Assembly (NCBI GenBank): GCA_045545475.1
Contig: JAZQAZ010000008.1
Location: forward strand, 64,001-128,000
Length of the DNA: 64,000 nucleotides
Direction: 5' to 3'
DNA from: Clostridia bacterium
GTDB taxonomy: Bacteria; Bacillota; Clostridia; CAKSNL01; HGM11501
Shown here: positions 26,939 through 37,619 of the stretch, piece after piece
Layout: the number at the start of each line of letters is the position of its first letter
Numbering within the stretch: the first letter of the stretch is position 1
Made by a program: the position numbers and the translations under genes
Notes under the pieces: generated by a model
Database searches by the model: none
Told to the model about the DNA's origin: nothing
The model's input: the letters and a program-made list of their open reading frames with translations, nothing else

Positions 26939-27839
26939 ATGCTTTGACGATAACGGATGAATCGTTTTCCACATTGATTTTATCGGGTGATGTTTTGAAA
27001 TATGCACTTTCGGGAAAGTCGTAATTCTGTTTAAGAAATTCTGTTGGTGTGCTTCCGGTTATTGATTTGAATACACGGTTAAAAGTTCTTATATTGTTAA
27101 AGCCGGAGCTTAAGGCAATATCTAAAACGGATGCCCTGTTTTCGCGAAGAAGCCTTACGGCATTTTCTATGCGGAGCATATTTATATATCCTGTATAGCT
27201 TATGCCAAGCATTTTTTTGAAAAGTCTTGAAAAGTGACATTCGCTCAACCTCAGTTTTCCTGCAGGAATACTTAACGGTATTTCTTCAGAAAAATGCTCG
27301 GAAAGAAAAATAAGCACATTTTGCATATCGGAAAAAAGACGGCTTCTTTTGCTTTTCGGATTTTCTGTATTATCCTCAGGGATTACCCGCTTTACCGAAT
27401 ACCACAAAAGAGATATTTTAGCTTTCACAATATCTTTATAATAGCTCTTTTTTTCGTTAAGCTCTGTTTTTGCATCGTGGAAGATATTTTTTACTTCTTC
27501 GGAAAGTCCGTTTTTTTTAAGAGTTTCTTCGCATATAAGATGAGAGGAGGATTCAGGACGGTAGGATTTTATGAGGGATGGATCGATGAGCATAAAGTTA
27601 AGGGTATTGTTCGCGTTTACAGCTGGGCTTAAATGTGTTTCTCCGCTGTTTACGATGATTAAGTCGCCCTTTTTGGCATAAAAGTTTTTTCCCGAAATAT
27701 TAACGGTGGTGTTGCCTTCTTTGACATATATAAGTTCGATCTCCTTGTGCCAATGAGGGAGAAAACCCATGTTTTCATACTCTCCTGTCCATACGGGAAA
27801 ATCCTCGGCATATTTTCTGACTTCGTTAAAAATTTTCAC
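26937..27839 (-). CDS. AraC family transcriptional regulator
   Basis: PHWHKEIEL cupin; SGFNNIRTFNRVFKSITGSTP HTH; GTG start after GAGGTG. Confidence 0.9.
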   Translation of the reverse strand: MKIFNEVRKYAEDFPVWTGEYENMGFLPHWHKEIELIYVKEGNTTVNISGKNFYAKKGDLIIVNSGETHLSPAVNANNTLNFMLIDPSLIKSYRPESSSHLICEETLKKNGLSEEVKNIFHDAKTELNEKKSYYKDIVKAKISLLWYSVKRVIPEDNTENPKSKRSRLFSDMQNVLIFLSEHFSEEIPLSIPAGKLRLSECHFSRLFKKMLGISYTGYINMLRIENAVRLLRENRASVLDIALSSGFNNIRTFNRVFKSITGSTPTEFLKQNYDFPESAYFKTSPDKINVENDSSVIVKA

Positions 27840-27959
27840 AGGTATCACCTCACTTTGATTATAGCAAAAACAACAAAAAATGTCCATAGTAAAACATAAA
27901 TTGACGAGATTTGTTAAAAAAATGATGATATAATGGTAATGTGGAAAGAGGTGATGGGA

Positions 27960-29534
27960 TTGATTAAAGAAAAAATCAAATCGGGAAAAACATTTTTGGG
28001 AATAGAACTTGGCTCAACCAGAATAAAAGCTTCTTTGATTGATGACTCTTTTTCTCCCGTTGCAAGCGGAAGCTTTGAATGGGAAAACCGTCTTGAAAAC
28101 GGCTATTGGACATATTCTTTAGATGACGTTGATAAAGGGATAAAGGCGTGCTATAAGGTACTTTCCGAGGAAGTATCGGAAAGATACGGTGTAAGAATAG
28201 AAACCTTTGGGGCAATCGGAGTTTCTGCAATGATGCACGGCTATCTGGCTTTTGACAAAGAGGACAATCTGCTTACGCCTTTCAGGACATGGAGAAATAC
28301 AACAACGGAAGAAGCGGCAAAGATACTCTCTGATGCCTTCGATTTCAATGTTCCGCAAAGGTGGAGCATAGCACATCTTTATCAGGCAATTTTAAATAAA
28401 GAGGATTATATTGATAAAATTTCTTATATAACAACCCTTTCGGGATACATTCATTATCTGCTTACGGGAAAGCACGAAATAGGCATCGGCGACGCTTCTG
28501 GAATGTTTCCTGTTGATGGTGCGGACTATGATAAAAAAATGCTTGATAAATTCGATTGCCTCGTTAAGGAAGAAAAGCTTATTTGTAAAGCGAGAGAAAT
28601 GCTGCCCGTGGTTAAAGTGGCAGGAGAAAATGATTCGTATCTTACCGAAAGGGGAGCTTTGTTTTTAGATCCCACGGGAACTTTGAAGCCGGGAATTTTA
28701 ATGTGTCCTCCGGAAGGAGATGCAGGAACCGGAATGGTTGCGACAAATTCGGTTTTGCCTAAAACGGGCAATATCTCTGCTGGAACATCGGTTTTTTCAA
28801 TGCTTGTCTTGGAAAAACCGCTTAAGGAAAGACATCCTGAGGTGGACATAGTAACCACTCCTTCAGGCGAAAGTGTGGCTATGGTTCATTGCAATAACTG
28901 CAGTAACGAGCTTGACTCCTGGGTAAATATATTTTGCGAGTTTTCGGAGCTTATGGGATATAAAGAAGATAAAAGCACGGTTTATGAAAAGCTATACAAT
29001 CTTGCTTTAAGCGGAAACAGTGACGGATTGGTGGCTTATAATTATTTGTCCGGCGAGCATATAACTGATATAAAAAAAGGCAAACCTATGTATTTCAGAT
29101 TGCCTGAAAAGAAAATGCATCTTGCCGATTTTATTAAAGCACAGCTCAATTCCGCATTTGCAACTTTATCCATCGGTATGGACATTCTTTTCCGCGAGGA
29201 AAATGTCAGGGCAGAGCTTTTTACGGCTCACGGTGGGATTTTCAAAACTAAGGGTGTTGCACAGAAAATTCTTGCAGACGCTCTTGATACTCCCGTATCC
29301 GTAATGGAAACCTCCGGAGAAGGAGGAGCATGGGGAATGGCTCTTTTGGCCGCATATGCAGTGCTTGGCAGGGATAAAACTTTGGGCGAATGGCTTGAAA
29401 GCGAAGTTTTTAAGAATGATAAAGGCACAATCATAAATCCCGATAAAGAAGCAGTAAGGGATTTTAATAATTATAAAAAATTATTTTTATCAGGACTTAA
29501 AGCAGAAAGTGCTTTGGAAGAAATAAAAGGTTAA
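27960..29534 (+). CDS. FGGY family pentulose kinase (AraK/ribulokinase-like)
   Basis: [48 protein letters not shown]; TTG start after GAGGTG. Confidence 0.85.
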   Translation: MIKEKIKSGKTFLGIELGSTRIKASLIDDSFSPVASGSFEWENRLENGYWTYSLDDVDKGIKACYKVLSEEVSERYGVRIETFGAIGVSAMMHGYLAFDKEDNLLTPFRTWRNTTTEEAAKILSDAFDFNVPQRWSIAHLYQAILNKEDYIDKISYITTLSGYIHYLLTGKHEIGIGDASGMFPVDGADYDKKMLDKFDCLVKEEKLICKAREMLPVVKVAGENDSYLTERGALFLDPTGTLKPGILMCPPEGDAGTGMVATNSVLPKTGNISAGTSVFSMLVLEKPLKERHPEVDIVTTPSGESVAMVHCNNCSNELDSWVNIFCEFSELMGYKEDKSTVYEKLYNLALSGNSDGLVAYNYLSGEHITDIKKGKPMYFRLPEKKMHLADFIKAQLNSAFATLSIGMDILFREENVRAELFTAHGGIFKTKGVAQKILADALDTPVSVMETSGEGGAWGMALLAAYAVLGRDKTLGEWLESEVFKNDKGTIINPDKEAVRDFNNYKKLFLSGLKAESALEEIKG

Positions 29535-29544
29535 TCAGGAGGCG

Positions 29545-31344
29545 TTGAAAATGGCTGTTAACAGACTTATAGGAGACTATCCGGTAATAGGAATAAGACC
29601 GACAATTGACGGAAGACGAGGTGTCTTGAAAGTAAGAGAATCATTGGAAGAGCAGACAATGAATATGGCGAAATCCGCTGCAAAATTACTTTCTGAAAAT
29701 CTCAGATATACAAACGGAGAACCCGTTAAGGTAATAATTGCCGACACCACCATAGGAAGAGTGGCGGAAGCCGCTGCCTGCGAGGAAAAATTCAAAAAAG
29801 CGGGCGTTGATATAACATTGACCGTTACACCCTGCTGGTGCTACGGCTCCGAAACTATGGATATGAATAAAAATACCATTAAGGCTGTATGGGGCTTTAA
29901 CGGAACGGAACGTCCTGGTGCTGTGTACCTTGCATCTGTCTTGGCATCCCATGCACAGAAAGGGCTTCCTGCCTTCGGAATTTACGGACACGATGTTCAA
30001 AATGCCGACGACACCGAAATCCCCGAAGATGTAAAAGAAAAAATCCTCCGTTTCGGCAGAGCGGCAATTGCCGTTGCAACAATGAGAGGGAAGAGTTATC
30101 TTCAGATTGGCTCAATCTGTATGGGCATTGCAGGCTCTATTATAAGCCCCGAATTTTTTGAGGAATATCTGGGTATGCGTGTTGAGTCTGTTGACGAGGT
30201 TGAAATAATCCGCCGTATGAGTGAAGGCATTTATGATGAAGAGGAATACAATAAGGCACTTAAATGGGCAAGGGAAAAGTGCAAAATCGGCTTCGACAAA
30301 AATCCCGGAGAATTTCAGATTTCCGAAGAGAAAAAGGAAGAACAGTTTGCCTTTGTGGTAAAGATGATGTGCATCATTAAAGACCTTATGAACGGAAACG
30401 AAAATCTTCCGGGAGGATGCGAGGAGGAAATGGTTGGGCATAATGCTATTGCCGCAGGTTTCCCCGGACAGCGCCAGTGGACAGACTTTTACCCCAACTG
30501 CGACTTCCCCGAAGCTATGCTTAACACTTCCTTTGACTGGAACGGTGCAAGAGAGCCTTATATCCTTGCAACGGAAAACGATACGTTAAATGGTGTGGGT
30601 ATGCTTTTCGGTAAGCTTCTTACAAACACCGCACAGATTTTCGCCGATGTAAGAACCTACTGGAGTCCCGAAGCCGTTAAAAAGGCAACCGGCTATGACA
30701 TTGAAGGAAAAGCAAAGGAAGCAGGCGGTTTTATTCATCTTATCAATTCGGGTGCTGCAGCTCTTGATACCACAGGTGCATCAAAGGATGAAAACGGAAA
30801 CGGCTGCATAAAGCCCTGGTATGAAATGAGTAAATCCGATATAGATGCCTGCCTTTCCGAGACCACTTGGAATATGGCTGATCTGGGCTATTTCAGAGGC
30901 GGAGGATATTCATCGAGATTTTTAACAAGAGCCGAAATGCCGGTTACAATGATGAGATTGAATCTTGTAAAAGGTCTCGGGCCCGTAATCCAGATTGCAG
31001 AAGGATGGACGGTTTCTCTTCCTGACGAGGTATCGGATATCCTCTGGAAAAGAACAGACTATACCTGGCCCTGCACATGGTTTACACCCAGAGTAACAGG
31101 CGAGGGTGCTTTCAAAACTGCATATGATGTTATGAATAACTGGGGTGCAAACCACGGTGCAATCAGCTACGGTCACATCGGTGCGGATTTAATAACAATG
31201 TGCTCGATGCTCAGAATACCTGTTTGTATGCATAACGTACCAGAAGAAAAAATCTTCCGTCCCGCAAGCTGGAATGCTTTCGGTATGGATAAAGAAGGTG
31301 CAGATTACAGAGCCTGCACTGCATACGGACCTCTTTATAAATAA
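29545..31344 (+). CDS. fucI: L-fucose/D-arabinose isomerase
   Basis: [46 protein letters not shown]. Confidence 0.95.
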   Translation: MKMAVNRLIGDYPVIGIRPTIDGRRGVLKVRESLEEQTMNMAKSAAKLLSENLRYTNGEPVKVIIADTTIGRVAEAAACEEKFKKAGVDITLTVTPCWCYGSETMDMNKNTIKAVWGFNGTERPGAVYLASVLASHAQKGLPAFGIYGHDVQNADDTEIPEDVKEKILRFGRAAIAVATMRGKSYLQIGSICMGIAGSIISPEFFEEYLGMRVESVDEVEIIRRMSEGIYDEEEYNKALKWAREKCKIGFDKNPGEFQISEEKKEEQFAFVVKMMCIIKDLMNGNENLPGGCEEEMVGHNAIAAGFPGQRQWTDFYPNCDFPEAMLNTSFDWNGAREPYILATENDTLNGVGMLFGKLLTNTAQIFADVRTYWSPEAVKKATGYDIEGKAKEAGGFIHLINSGAAALDTTGASKDENGNGCIKPWYEMSKSDIDACLSETTWNMADLGYFRGGGYSSRFLTRAEMPVTMMRLNLVKGLGPVIQIAEGWTVSLPDEVSDILWKRTDYTWPCTWFTPRVTGEGAFKTAYDVMNNWGANHGAISYGHIGADLITMCSMLRIPVCMHNVPEEKIFRPASWNAFGMDKEGADYRACTAYGPLYK

Positions 31345-31347
31345 CAT

Positions 31348-31378
31348 AAAAAAATGCAGACAAAAGTCTGCATTTTTT
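31348..31378. terminator. Bidirectional terminator
   Basis: AAAAAATGCAGAC-AAAA-GTCTGCATTTTTT. Confidence 0.8.
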
Positions 31379-32204
31379 ACTTTGTGTGTTTTTTCCGCCA
31401 TACACTTGGGGAAAGACCTGTTTTTGATTTGAATACGGTGGCAAAGTGGGTGCCGGATGAAAAGCCTGTATCTTCAGCAATGGCATCTACAGTGGCGTTG
31501 GTATTAATAAGCCAACGGCAGGCAATTTTTATTCGCTCTTCAATAATTGCCGTGTGTAGCGTTTTGCCCGTAGCCTTTTTGAAAGCCGATTCAAGATAAA
31601 CGGGGTGATAGCCGAAATGCTTTGCAATTTCCTTGGTTGATTTTATTTCGGTTGCGTTAATTGCAATATAACCGTTTATTTTTGAGGCAAGGAGTGTTTC
31701 GGGATTTTCATTTTTGTTACTTATACTTGCAAGAATAACTTTAAGCTTTCCGGAGCAAAGAGCATCGGTAGAATCATCCTGATTTTTGAATGAACCTGTT
31801 ATATCTTTAAGGTCCGATTCCAAATGCTGTAGATTATGAAGAACTGTCGGTTTTTCAAATCCTTTTATAAGCATAGGGTCAAAGAGGAATTTTTCATCAA
31901 ACTGATTTTCGGGTGGAGGCGAAAGAAAAGTTTTGTTATAATCAAGAGAGCGGGTTACGTCAAAATTTATAACAATAACCTTCATTTTACCTCTGAAATG
32001 GTAATTTACGGCAGGAGGAAGTATTATAAGGCTTCCTCCTGAAAGTTCGTAATCTTTGTTTTCAATAACTATTATTCCCATGCCTGCCAGAACATAAAAC
32101 AATCTGTGGTCATAGGCTTTTCTCGGGCCTTCTCCTTCTAAAATGGCAGGAGTAACAAGGGCATTTCTTATAAAGGGATTGCATTTTTCTAAGGGCAACG
32201 ACAT
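31377..32204 (-). CDS. AraC family transcriptional regulator
   Basis: DHRLFYVLAG cupin-like region; TGFSSGTHFATVFKSKTGLSP HTH. Confidence 0.88.
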   Translation of the reverse strand: MSLPLEKCNPFIRNALVTPAILEGEGPRKAYDHRLFYVLAGMGIIVIENKDYELSGGSLIILPPAVNYHFRGKMKVIVINFDVTRSLDYNKTFLSPPPENQFDEKFLFDPMLIKGFEKPTVLHNLQHLESDLKDITGSFKNQDDSTDALCSGKLKVILASISNKNENPETLLASKINGYIAINATEIKSTKEIAKHFGYHPVYLESAFKKATGKTLHTAIIEERIKIACRWLINTNATVDAIAEDTGFSSGTHFATVFKSKTGLSPSVWRKKHTK

Positions 32205-32308
32205 AACATCACCTTTGTTTTTTGAAGATTTTTATTTGTTTTATGACTTGATAATAGCATAGCTTTAAAATAAAATCAATATGAAAATAAAAAAGGAGTG
32301 ATATTATT

Positions 32309-34036
32309 ATGTTTTACGCAGTTGACAATAACGGGAAAAGAATGGAATTTGAAACAGAAACAGTCGGAAACAGCACTTTTCTTACTCTTAAAAAGGAAAA
32401 GTTTGCCGATGCAAAGGCATTGGAGGCACTTACGGAATTTACTTCGGCAAACGCAGGTGAAGACGGATTTTACATTGTAACAAGAAATACATATAAGTAT
32501 GGGGATTTATATACAACCTTTACCGAAGTTCCTGACGAAGAAGTTTTTGTGTATGACCCCGTATTGGCGTGCTCTGCAATAAAGACCGCCCGTTTTTGCG
32601 GACTTATCCGTTTTGAAAGAAATTATCAGGCATCTTTCAAAGTAAAGGTAAAGGATAATAAATATTCTTTAAGCCTTGTTTTTCCCTTTGGTGGACCGGA
32701 AAAACACAGATCTCGTGATGCTGCATACGACGATATCAGAATAGAACTTGTGGAGCTTCCGAGAACATCGACTATAGGTGATTTTGCAAAGGCAGAGCGT
32801 GATATAAGACTTAAAAGGGGAGAAATAACGACTCTCGCTGAAAAGTGCGAAAGGGAAGTTGTTGAATATTCAAGAAAGCATCCCTTAATCCGTATCAGAA
32901 TGGCGTGGAAGGAAAGTCCTTCTCCCATAAAGCATCAGCACGCAGGAAACGAACCTATGATGCATAGAGCCGTTACCTTTGCGAGAGTAAGGGATATTGC
33001 AGACAGCCTTAAAGCCAAAGGCGTTGAAGGTGCTGACCTTCAGCTTGTAGGCTGGAATAAATCGGGACACGACGGAAGATTCCCTCAGCTTTTCCCGGTA
33101 GAGCCTATGCTGGGCGGTGAGGCAGAGCTTCGTAAAACTATAGAATATGTAAAATCTCTCGGCTATAAAATTTCTCTCCATATAAGTACTCTGGATGCTT
33201 ATGAGGTAGCTGATTGCTTTAAGTGGAACGATATAACAGTAAGAGATGACGGAACCTATCTTCAGAGAGGTGACTACGGCGGAGGATATCCTTATATCGT
33301 TTGCCCCAAAAAGCAAAGAGAAATAAATAAAAAGCATTTAGAGAAAATAAAAGCCCTTGGCGTAAACGGTATGCATTATACCGACGAGATTTCTATTATA
33401 CAGCCTGATACTTGCTACTCTGAAGAACACCCCTGCACAGGAAAAGAAGGAATTAAAGAATATCTTGGCATTATGAAAGATACCAAGGAAGCTCTCGGAG
33501 GATTTTCTTCCGAAGGCACATATGATTTTTCAATTCCCGAACTTGATTTCGGTCTTTATGTAAGCTTTGGCGCAAGTTTCGGAATGGTGCCTCCCTTCGG
33601 CGGAAACTTTATCCCGTTTTTCGAGCTTGTTTATCACGGTATTATACTCTATAATCCCATGAGTCCTACCGTTAACTATACAATTAAAAGTGCCCGAGAC
33701 AGACTTGTATTCTTCTTACGAGGAGGAAGGCCTTCCTTCTACATTTACTCCCGATTCAAGGGCGACGGTTCTGACTGGATGGGAACTGTTGACTTAGAGG
33801 TTGACAGCAACGAAAGCCTTGACAGAGCAACCGATGCAATTGCAAAAGGAGAGGCTGAATACAAAGAATTTGCGGACCGACAGTTTATATTTATGAAGGA
33901 TTATGTTGTCATAGGGGACGGAGTTGAAGCGGCAATTTATGAAGATGGGGTAACAATAGCCGGAAACTTTTCAGAGGAAGATAAGGTTTATGAAGGACAC
34001 GTTGTACCTGCAGGGGACTTTATCGTAATAAAATAA
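32309..34036 (+). CDS. Putative cytoplasmic glycoside hydrolase (DUF5696 / GH101-GH129-like barrel)
   Basis: TF..V..I...LK..G, GWNKSGHDGRFP, LGGEAEL, SEG, IPFFELVYHG pattern; no signal peptide. Confidence 0.55.
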   Translation: MFYAVDNNGKRMEFETETVGNSTFLTLKKEKFADAKALEALTEFTSANAGEDGFYIVTRNTYKYGDLYTTFTEVPDEEVFVYDPVLACSAIKTARFCGLIRFERNYQASFKVKVKDNKYSLSLVFPFGGPEKHRSRDAAYDDIRIELVELPRTSTIGDFAKAERDIRLKRGEITTLAEKCEREVVEYSRKHPLIRIRMAWKESPSPIKHQHAGNEPMMHRAVTFARVRDIADSLKAKGVEGADLQLVGWNKSGHDGRFPQLFPVEPMLGGEAELRKTIEYVKSLGYKISLHISTLDAYEVADCFKWNDITVRDDGTYLQRGDYGGGYPYIVCPKKQREINKKHLEKIKALGVNGMHYTDEISIIQPDTCYSEEHPCTGKEGIKEYLGIMKDTKEALGGFSSEGTYDFSIPELDFGLYVSFGASFGMVPPFGGNFIPFFELVYHGIILYNPMSPTVNYTIKSARDRLVFFLRGGRPSFYIYSRFKGDGSDWMGTVDLEVDSNESLDRATDAIAKGEAEYKEFADRQFIFMKDYVVIGDGVEAAIYEDGVTIAGNFSEEDKVYEGHVVPAGDFIVIK

Positions 34037-34047
34037 GGAGCGGAAAA

Positions 34048-34596
34048 ATGGAAGTTTTCAAAGAATGGCTGTTTTCGGGATTTGACAACCCGAAGGCGAT
34101 AGCCGCACAGATTATAGGAATTATTCCGATTTTAATTTCAATTTTTATCTATACACAGAATACGCGTAAAAAGATAGTGATTGCAAAAGCCACCATGGAT
34201 TTATTTCTTGCAACACATCTTATACTCCTTGAAACATATACAGGAGCACTGCTTAATATTGTTGTAACCATAAGAAATCTTCTGTTTCTTAAAAAAGAAA
34301 AGATGGGAAAATGGAAAAATATAACTTTAGCCTTTTTTGCGTTTTTCATCATACTTTGTGCAATTCCTGATTTTTCGGGATTCAAGTCGTTATTGCCCGT
34401 AACAGGCTCTCTCTTTGCCCTTATAGGTTTCTGGCAGGATGATATTAAAAAATTAAGATTATTAAATCTTGTAAGCACTTCGCTTTGGCTTATATATGCA
34501 ATATGGGTAGTATCAGTTCCTACGGCATTTATAAGTGCTTTCTCAATTATATCTATTTTAGCAGGGCTTATCCGCTCCGCAAAGGATAAAAACTGA
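34048..34596 (+). CDS. YgjV-like inner membrane protein
   Basis: Multiple TM helices; AQIIG, H..LL..YTGA, LRLLNL...LWLIY pattern. Confidence 0.65.
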   Translation: MEVFKEWLFSGFDNPKAIAAQIIGIIPILISIFIYTQNTRKKIVIAKATMDLFLATHLILLETYTGALLNIVVTIRNLLFLKKEKMGKWKNITLAFFAFFIILCAIPDFSGFKSLLPVTGSLFALIGFWQDDIKKLRLLNLVSTSLWLIYAIWVVSVPTAFISAFSIISILAGLIRSAKDKN

Positions 34597-34623
34597 ATTA
34601 ACAAAAATTTCTTAAAGAAAATG

Positions 34624-34663
34624 CGAACAAATGTTTGCATTTTCTTTTTTGTTGTGGTATAAT
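34624..34663 (+). promoter_or_regulatory. LexA (SOS) box overlapping a SigA promoter
   Basis: CGAACAAATGTTTG (34624-34637) fits the Gram-positive GAAC-N4-GTTY box; TTGCAT-17 nt-TATAAT with an extended TG. Confidence 0.75.
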
Positions 34664-34683
34664 GGGAAAAGATGAAGGAAATC

Positions 34684-34752
34684 GTAGGGCAGAATCTTGT
34701 TCCTGCCGTATGATTTTGATGAAAAATCGGTTGGAGTAAACCCCAACCCTAC
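34684..34752. repeat. Degenerate GTAG-type REP doublet (REPIN-like)
   Basis: GTAGGGCAG...CTGCCG and inverted CGGTTGG...CCAACCCTAC hairpins. Confidence 0.5.
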
Positions 34753-34770
34753 AAAAAAGGCGGGATTTTT

Positions 34771-36060
34771 ATGGATATTCGAGAAAAGCTTTTAATACTT
34801 GGTGATGCGGCGAAATATGACGTAAGCTGTTCATCCAGCGGCTCTGGAAGGGAAAACACAAAGGGCGGAATCGGAAATGCAATGGCGTGCGGTTGCTGTC
34901 ACAGCTTCACAGCGGACGGAAGATGTATTTCGCTTTTAAAGGTGCTTATGACAAACTACTGCATTTATGATTGCAAGTACTGCATCAACCGTCGCTCCAA
35001 CGATGTGAAAAGGGCGGCGTTTACCCCGAGGGAGCTTGCGGATTTAACCATTGAGTTTTATAAAAGAAATTACATCGAAGGACTTTTCATAAGCTCCGGC
35101 ATAATAAAAAGTCCCGATTATACTATGGAGCTTTTCATCGAAACCCTCCGCATTTTAAGAAAAGAATATCGCTTTAACGGCTATATCCATGTAAAGGCGA
35201 TACCGGGAGCGGACGATGCCTTAATAAAGGAAACGGGGCTTATGGCAGACAGAATGAGCGTGAATATCGAGCTTCCCTCGGAAATGTCATTAAACCGCCT
35301 TGCACCGGATAAAAGCAAGGCAGGCATTCTTAAGCCTATGGGTCTTATAACGGACAAAATAAGGGAAAACAAAAACGAGCTTACATTATATCGCCACGCA
35401 CCGAGCTTTGTGCCCGGCGGTCAGAGCACACAGATGATTGTGGGAGCGACGAAGGATTCCGACAGACAGATAATAAACCTTGCGGAAGGACTTTATAAAA
35501 AATATTCCCTTAAAAGAGTGTACTATTCTGCCTACATCCCGATGAATGATGATTCCAGCCTTCCCAGCATCTACGGAAAGCCGCCGCTTCTTCGTGAACA
35601 CAGAATTTATCAGGCGGACTGGCTTATGAGGTTTTACGGCTTTAAGGCAAGTGAGCTTCTATCTGAAGAACGCCCCTTTTTCAGCGAAAATTTAGACCCG
35701 AAGTGCGATTGGGCACTGCGTAATTTTCACCTTTTTCCGTTGGATGTAAATACCGCAAGCTATGAAATGCTCCTGCGAGTACCGGGAATAGGCGTTACAA
35801 GCGCAAAAAGAATAGTAAAGGCAAGAAGAGTTGCCCATCTTGATTATCAGACACTTAAAAAAATAGGTGTGGTATTAAAAAGGGCACAGTTTTTTATAAC
35901 CGTGAAAGGAAAGTATTTAAATCCGTTTCCGAAAAAGGAAAAATTTGTCGAGGCTAATCTTGAAATTGGTGCTATGCCACGCCTGGGCGGATATGAACAG
36001 CTGTCCCTTTTCGGAAACAACTTATTGGAGGCAAGCTATGGAAACAGTTTATGTGTATGA
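34771..36060 (+). CDS. Putative DNA modification/repair radical SAM protein (TIGR03916-like)
   Basis: AAKYDVSCSSSG, DGRCISLLK, CIYDCKYC, GQSTQMIVGA, REHRIYQADWL, HhH motif RVPGIG. Confidence 0.9.
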   Translation: MDIREKLLILGDAAKYDVSCSSSGSGRENTKGGIGNAMACGCCHSFTADGRCISLLKVLMTNYCIYDCKYCINRRSNDVKRAAFTPRELADLTIEFYKRNYIEGLFISSGIIKSPDYTMELFIETLRILRKEYRFNGYIHVKAIPGADDALIKETGLMADRMSVNIELPSEMSLNRLAPDKSKAGILKPMGLITDKIRENKNELTLYRHAPSFVPGGQSTQMIVGATKDSDRQIINLAEGLYKKYSLKRVYYSAYIPMNDDSSLPSIYGKPPLLREHRIYQADWLMRFYGFKASELLSEERPFFSENLDPKCDWALRNFHLFPLDVNTASYEMLLRVPGIGVTSAKRIVKARRVAHLDYQTLKKIGVVLKRAQFFITVKGKYLNPFPKKEKFVEANLEIGAMPRLGGYEQLSLFGNNLLEASYGNSLCV

Positions 36061-36787
36061 CGGAAGCTTTGAAGGACTTCTTACAGCGGTATTTGATACC
36101 TATGTGCGAAAGGAAGAACCGGTTTTAATATCGGAAAGCAATAATTTTCAGCTTCTTTTGGATACCTTGGTTTATAATGTTGTAACGGACGATGAAAAGG
36201 CGGAACGTGTTATAAACAAGGTGACTGAGGTTGTGGGTAAATATGGCACTCTTACCATTTACAGAGCCTTTCTTTCTAAGGAACAGGGCAGGGCAAAGGC
36301 GATTTTGTACTATATCCGCCTGCTTATGAAAATGGGGAAGGAAGCGGAGCGTTTTTTGGGTAACGAGCACGTTATGAACGTAATGGAAATGGCAAGGAAA
36401 ACGGGAAATGAAGCACATCTTTTAAAGGGCTTTCTCCGCTTCGGTTCACTTTCCGACGGAACCTTTTATGCTGAGTTTTCGCCTAAAACCGACTGCATCA
36501 TTTTCCTTGCAGAGCATTTTAAAAGAAGGCTTTCCGGTGTTCCTTTTATAATTAATGACCTCACAAATAAAAAGGCGGCACTTTGTAAGGACGGAAAGCT
36601 TGATATTTTTCCTTATGAAAGCTTTGAAAAACCTCAATACGATGCTTCTGAAAAGGATTTTAAGAAAATGTGGAAGGATTTTTACGATACCGTGGCTGTT
36701 GAAGGCAGGGAAAACGAGCGTTGCCGTATGACTCATATGCCAAAACGCTTCTGGAAGCACATTATTGAAGTTTCGGGAGAAGTGTGA
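36038..36787 (+). CDS. TIGR03915/DUF4130 family putative DNA repair protein
   Basis: YDGSFEGLLTAVF, EAHLLKGFLRF, HF..RL, HMPKRFW; coupled to the radical SAM gene. Confidence 0.88.
   Translation: METVYVYDGSFEGLLTAVFDTYVRKEEPVLISESNNFQLLLDTLVYNVVTDDEKAERVINKVTEVVGKYGTLTIYRAFLSKEQGRAKAILYYIRLLMKMGKEAERFLGNEHVMNVMEMARKTGNEAHLLKGFLRFGSLSDGTFYAEFSPKTDCIIFLAEHFKRRLSGVPFIINDLTNKKAALCKDGKLDIFPYESFEKPQYDASEKDFKKMWKDFYDTVAVEGRENERCRMTHMPKRFWKHIIEVSGEV
36652..36759 (+). repeat. Direct repeat copy 1 (3' end of the DUF4130 gene); copy 2 at 41491-41597
   Basis: AAAGGATTTT.AGAAAATGTGGAAGGATTTTTACGATACCGT.GCTGTTGAAGGCAGGGAAAACGAGCGTTGCCGTATGACTCATATGCC is near-identical in both copies. Confidence 0.95.
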
Positions 36788-36857
36788 GAAAAGTGTTGAA
36801 GTTGGTAATTAGGTGTGTTATAATAGATCTGTTAATAATTGTTAGGAGGAAATAATT

Positions 36858-37586
36858 ATGCCTTATGTAGAAGATTTATTTGAACAACCAATGAGGGAAC
36901 AGACTATTTTCTTTATTCTTGATACATCAGGAAGCATGAATTTAGAAGATTCAATTATGCATCTTAACAGGGCGATTCGTGAAACTACACTTTTTTTGAG
37001 AGAAAAAGCAGAAGAAATCGAGGACTATATAATTAAAATTGCTCTCATCGAATACAATAGCGGATGTAGATGGTTAACACCAAGACCTGTGCCGGTACAA
37101 GATTATTCATATGAAGATCTCGTTGCTGATGGTGCAAGCAATATATATTCTGCGTTGTATGAACTTAATTCAAAAATGTCTCGTGCAGCATTCTTCGATT
37201 CACCCGGTGGGCGGATGGTGCCTATTCTTATATTCATCAATGGCGGAGTTGCTACGGAAGATTACAAAAAAGCTCTTGAACAGCTGAAACAAAACAACTG
37301 GTTTAAAATAGCTTATAGGATTGCATTTGCTATTGGCGAATTTGCGGATATAGAGATGTTATCGGAAATTGTCGGGTTCAAAGAAAATGTTTTCCGTGTA
37401 GAGAAAGGCGAAGCTTTTACCGAACTGCTGATAGATAAGATACTGCTGATAGATAAGATGAGAACTTTAAAGTATCATTGTGATTTTGATTTGGACGAAA
37501 GCCTAAAGTATTATTTAGATAATAATATTGTTGTAGATATCGCTACTGAATATGATAAAGAGATTTGGGACGATGTTGAGTGGTAA
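36858..37586 (+). CDS. TerY-like vWA domain protein
   Basis: IFFILDTSGSM MIDAS start, NNWFK..YRIAFAIG; own TTGAAG-17 nt-TATAAT promoter and AGGAGG RBS. Confidence 0.8.
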   Translation: MPYVEDLFEQPMREQTIFFILDTSGSMNLEDSIMHLNRAIRETTLFLREKAEEIEDYIIKIALIEYNSGCRWLTPRPVPVQDYSYEDLVADGASNIYSALYELNSKMSRAAFFDSPGGRMVPILIFINGGVATEDYKKALEQLKQNNWFKIAYRIAFAIGEFADIEMLSEIVGFKENVFRVEKGEAFTELLIDKILLIDKMRTLKYHCDFDLDESLKYYLDNNIVVDIATEYDKEIWDDVEW

Positions 37587-37619
37587 TATATAATTCTTCT
37601 AAATAGAAGGGAATTTAAA

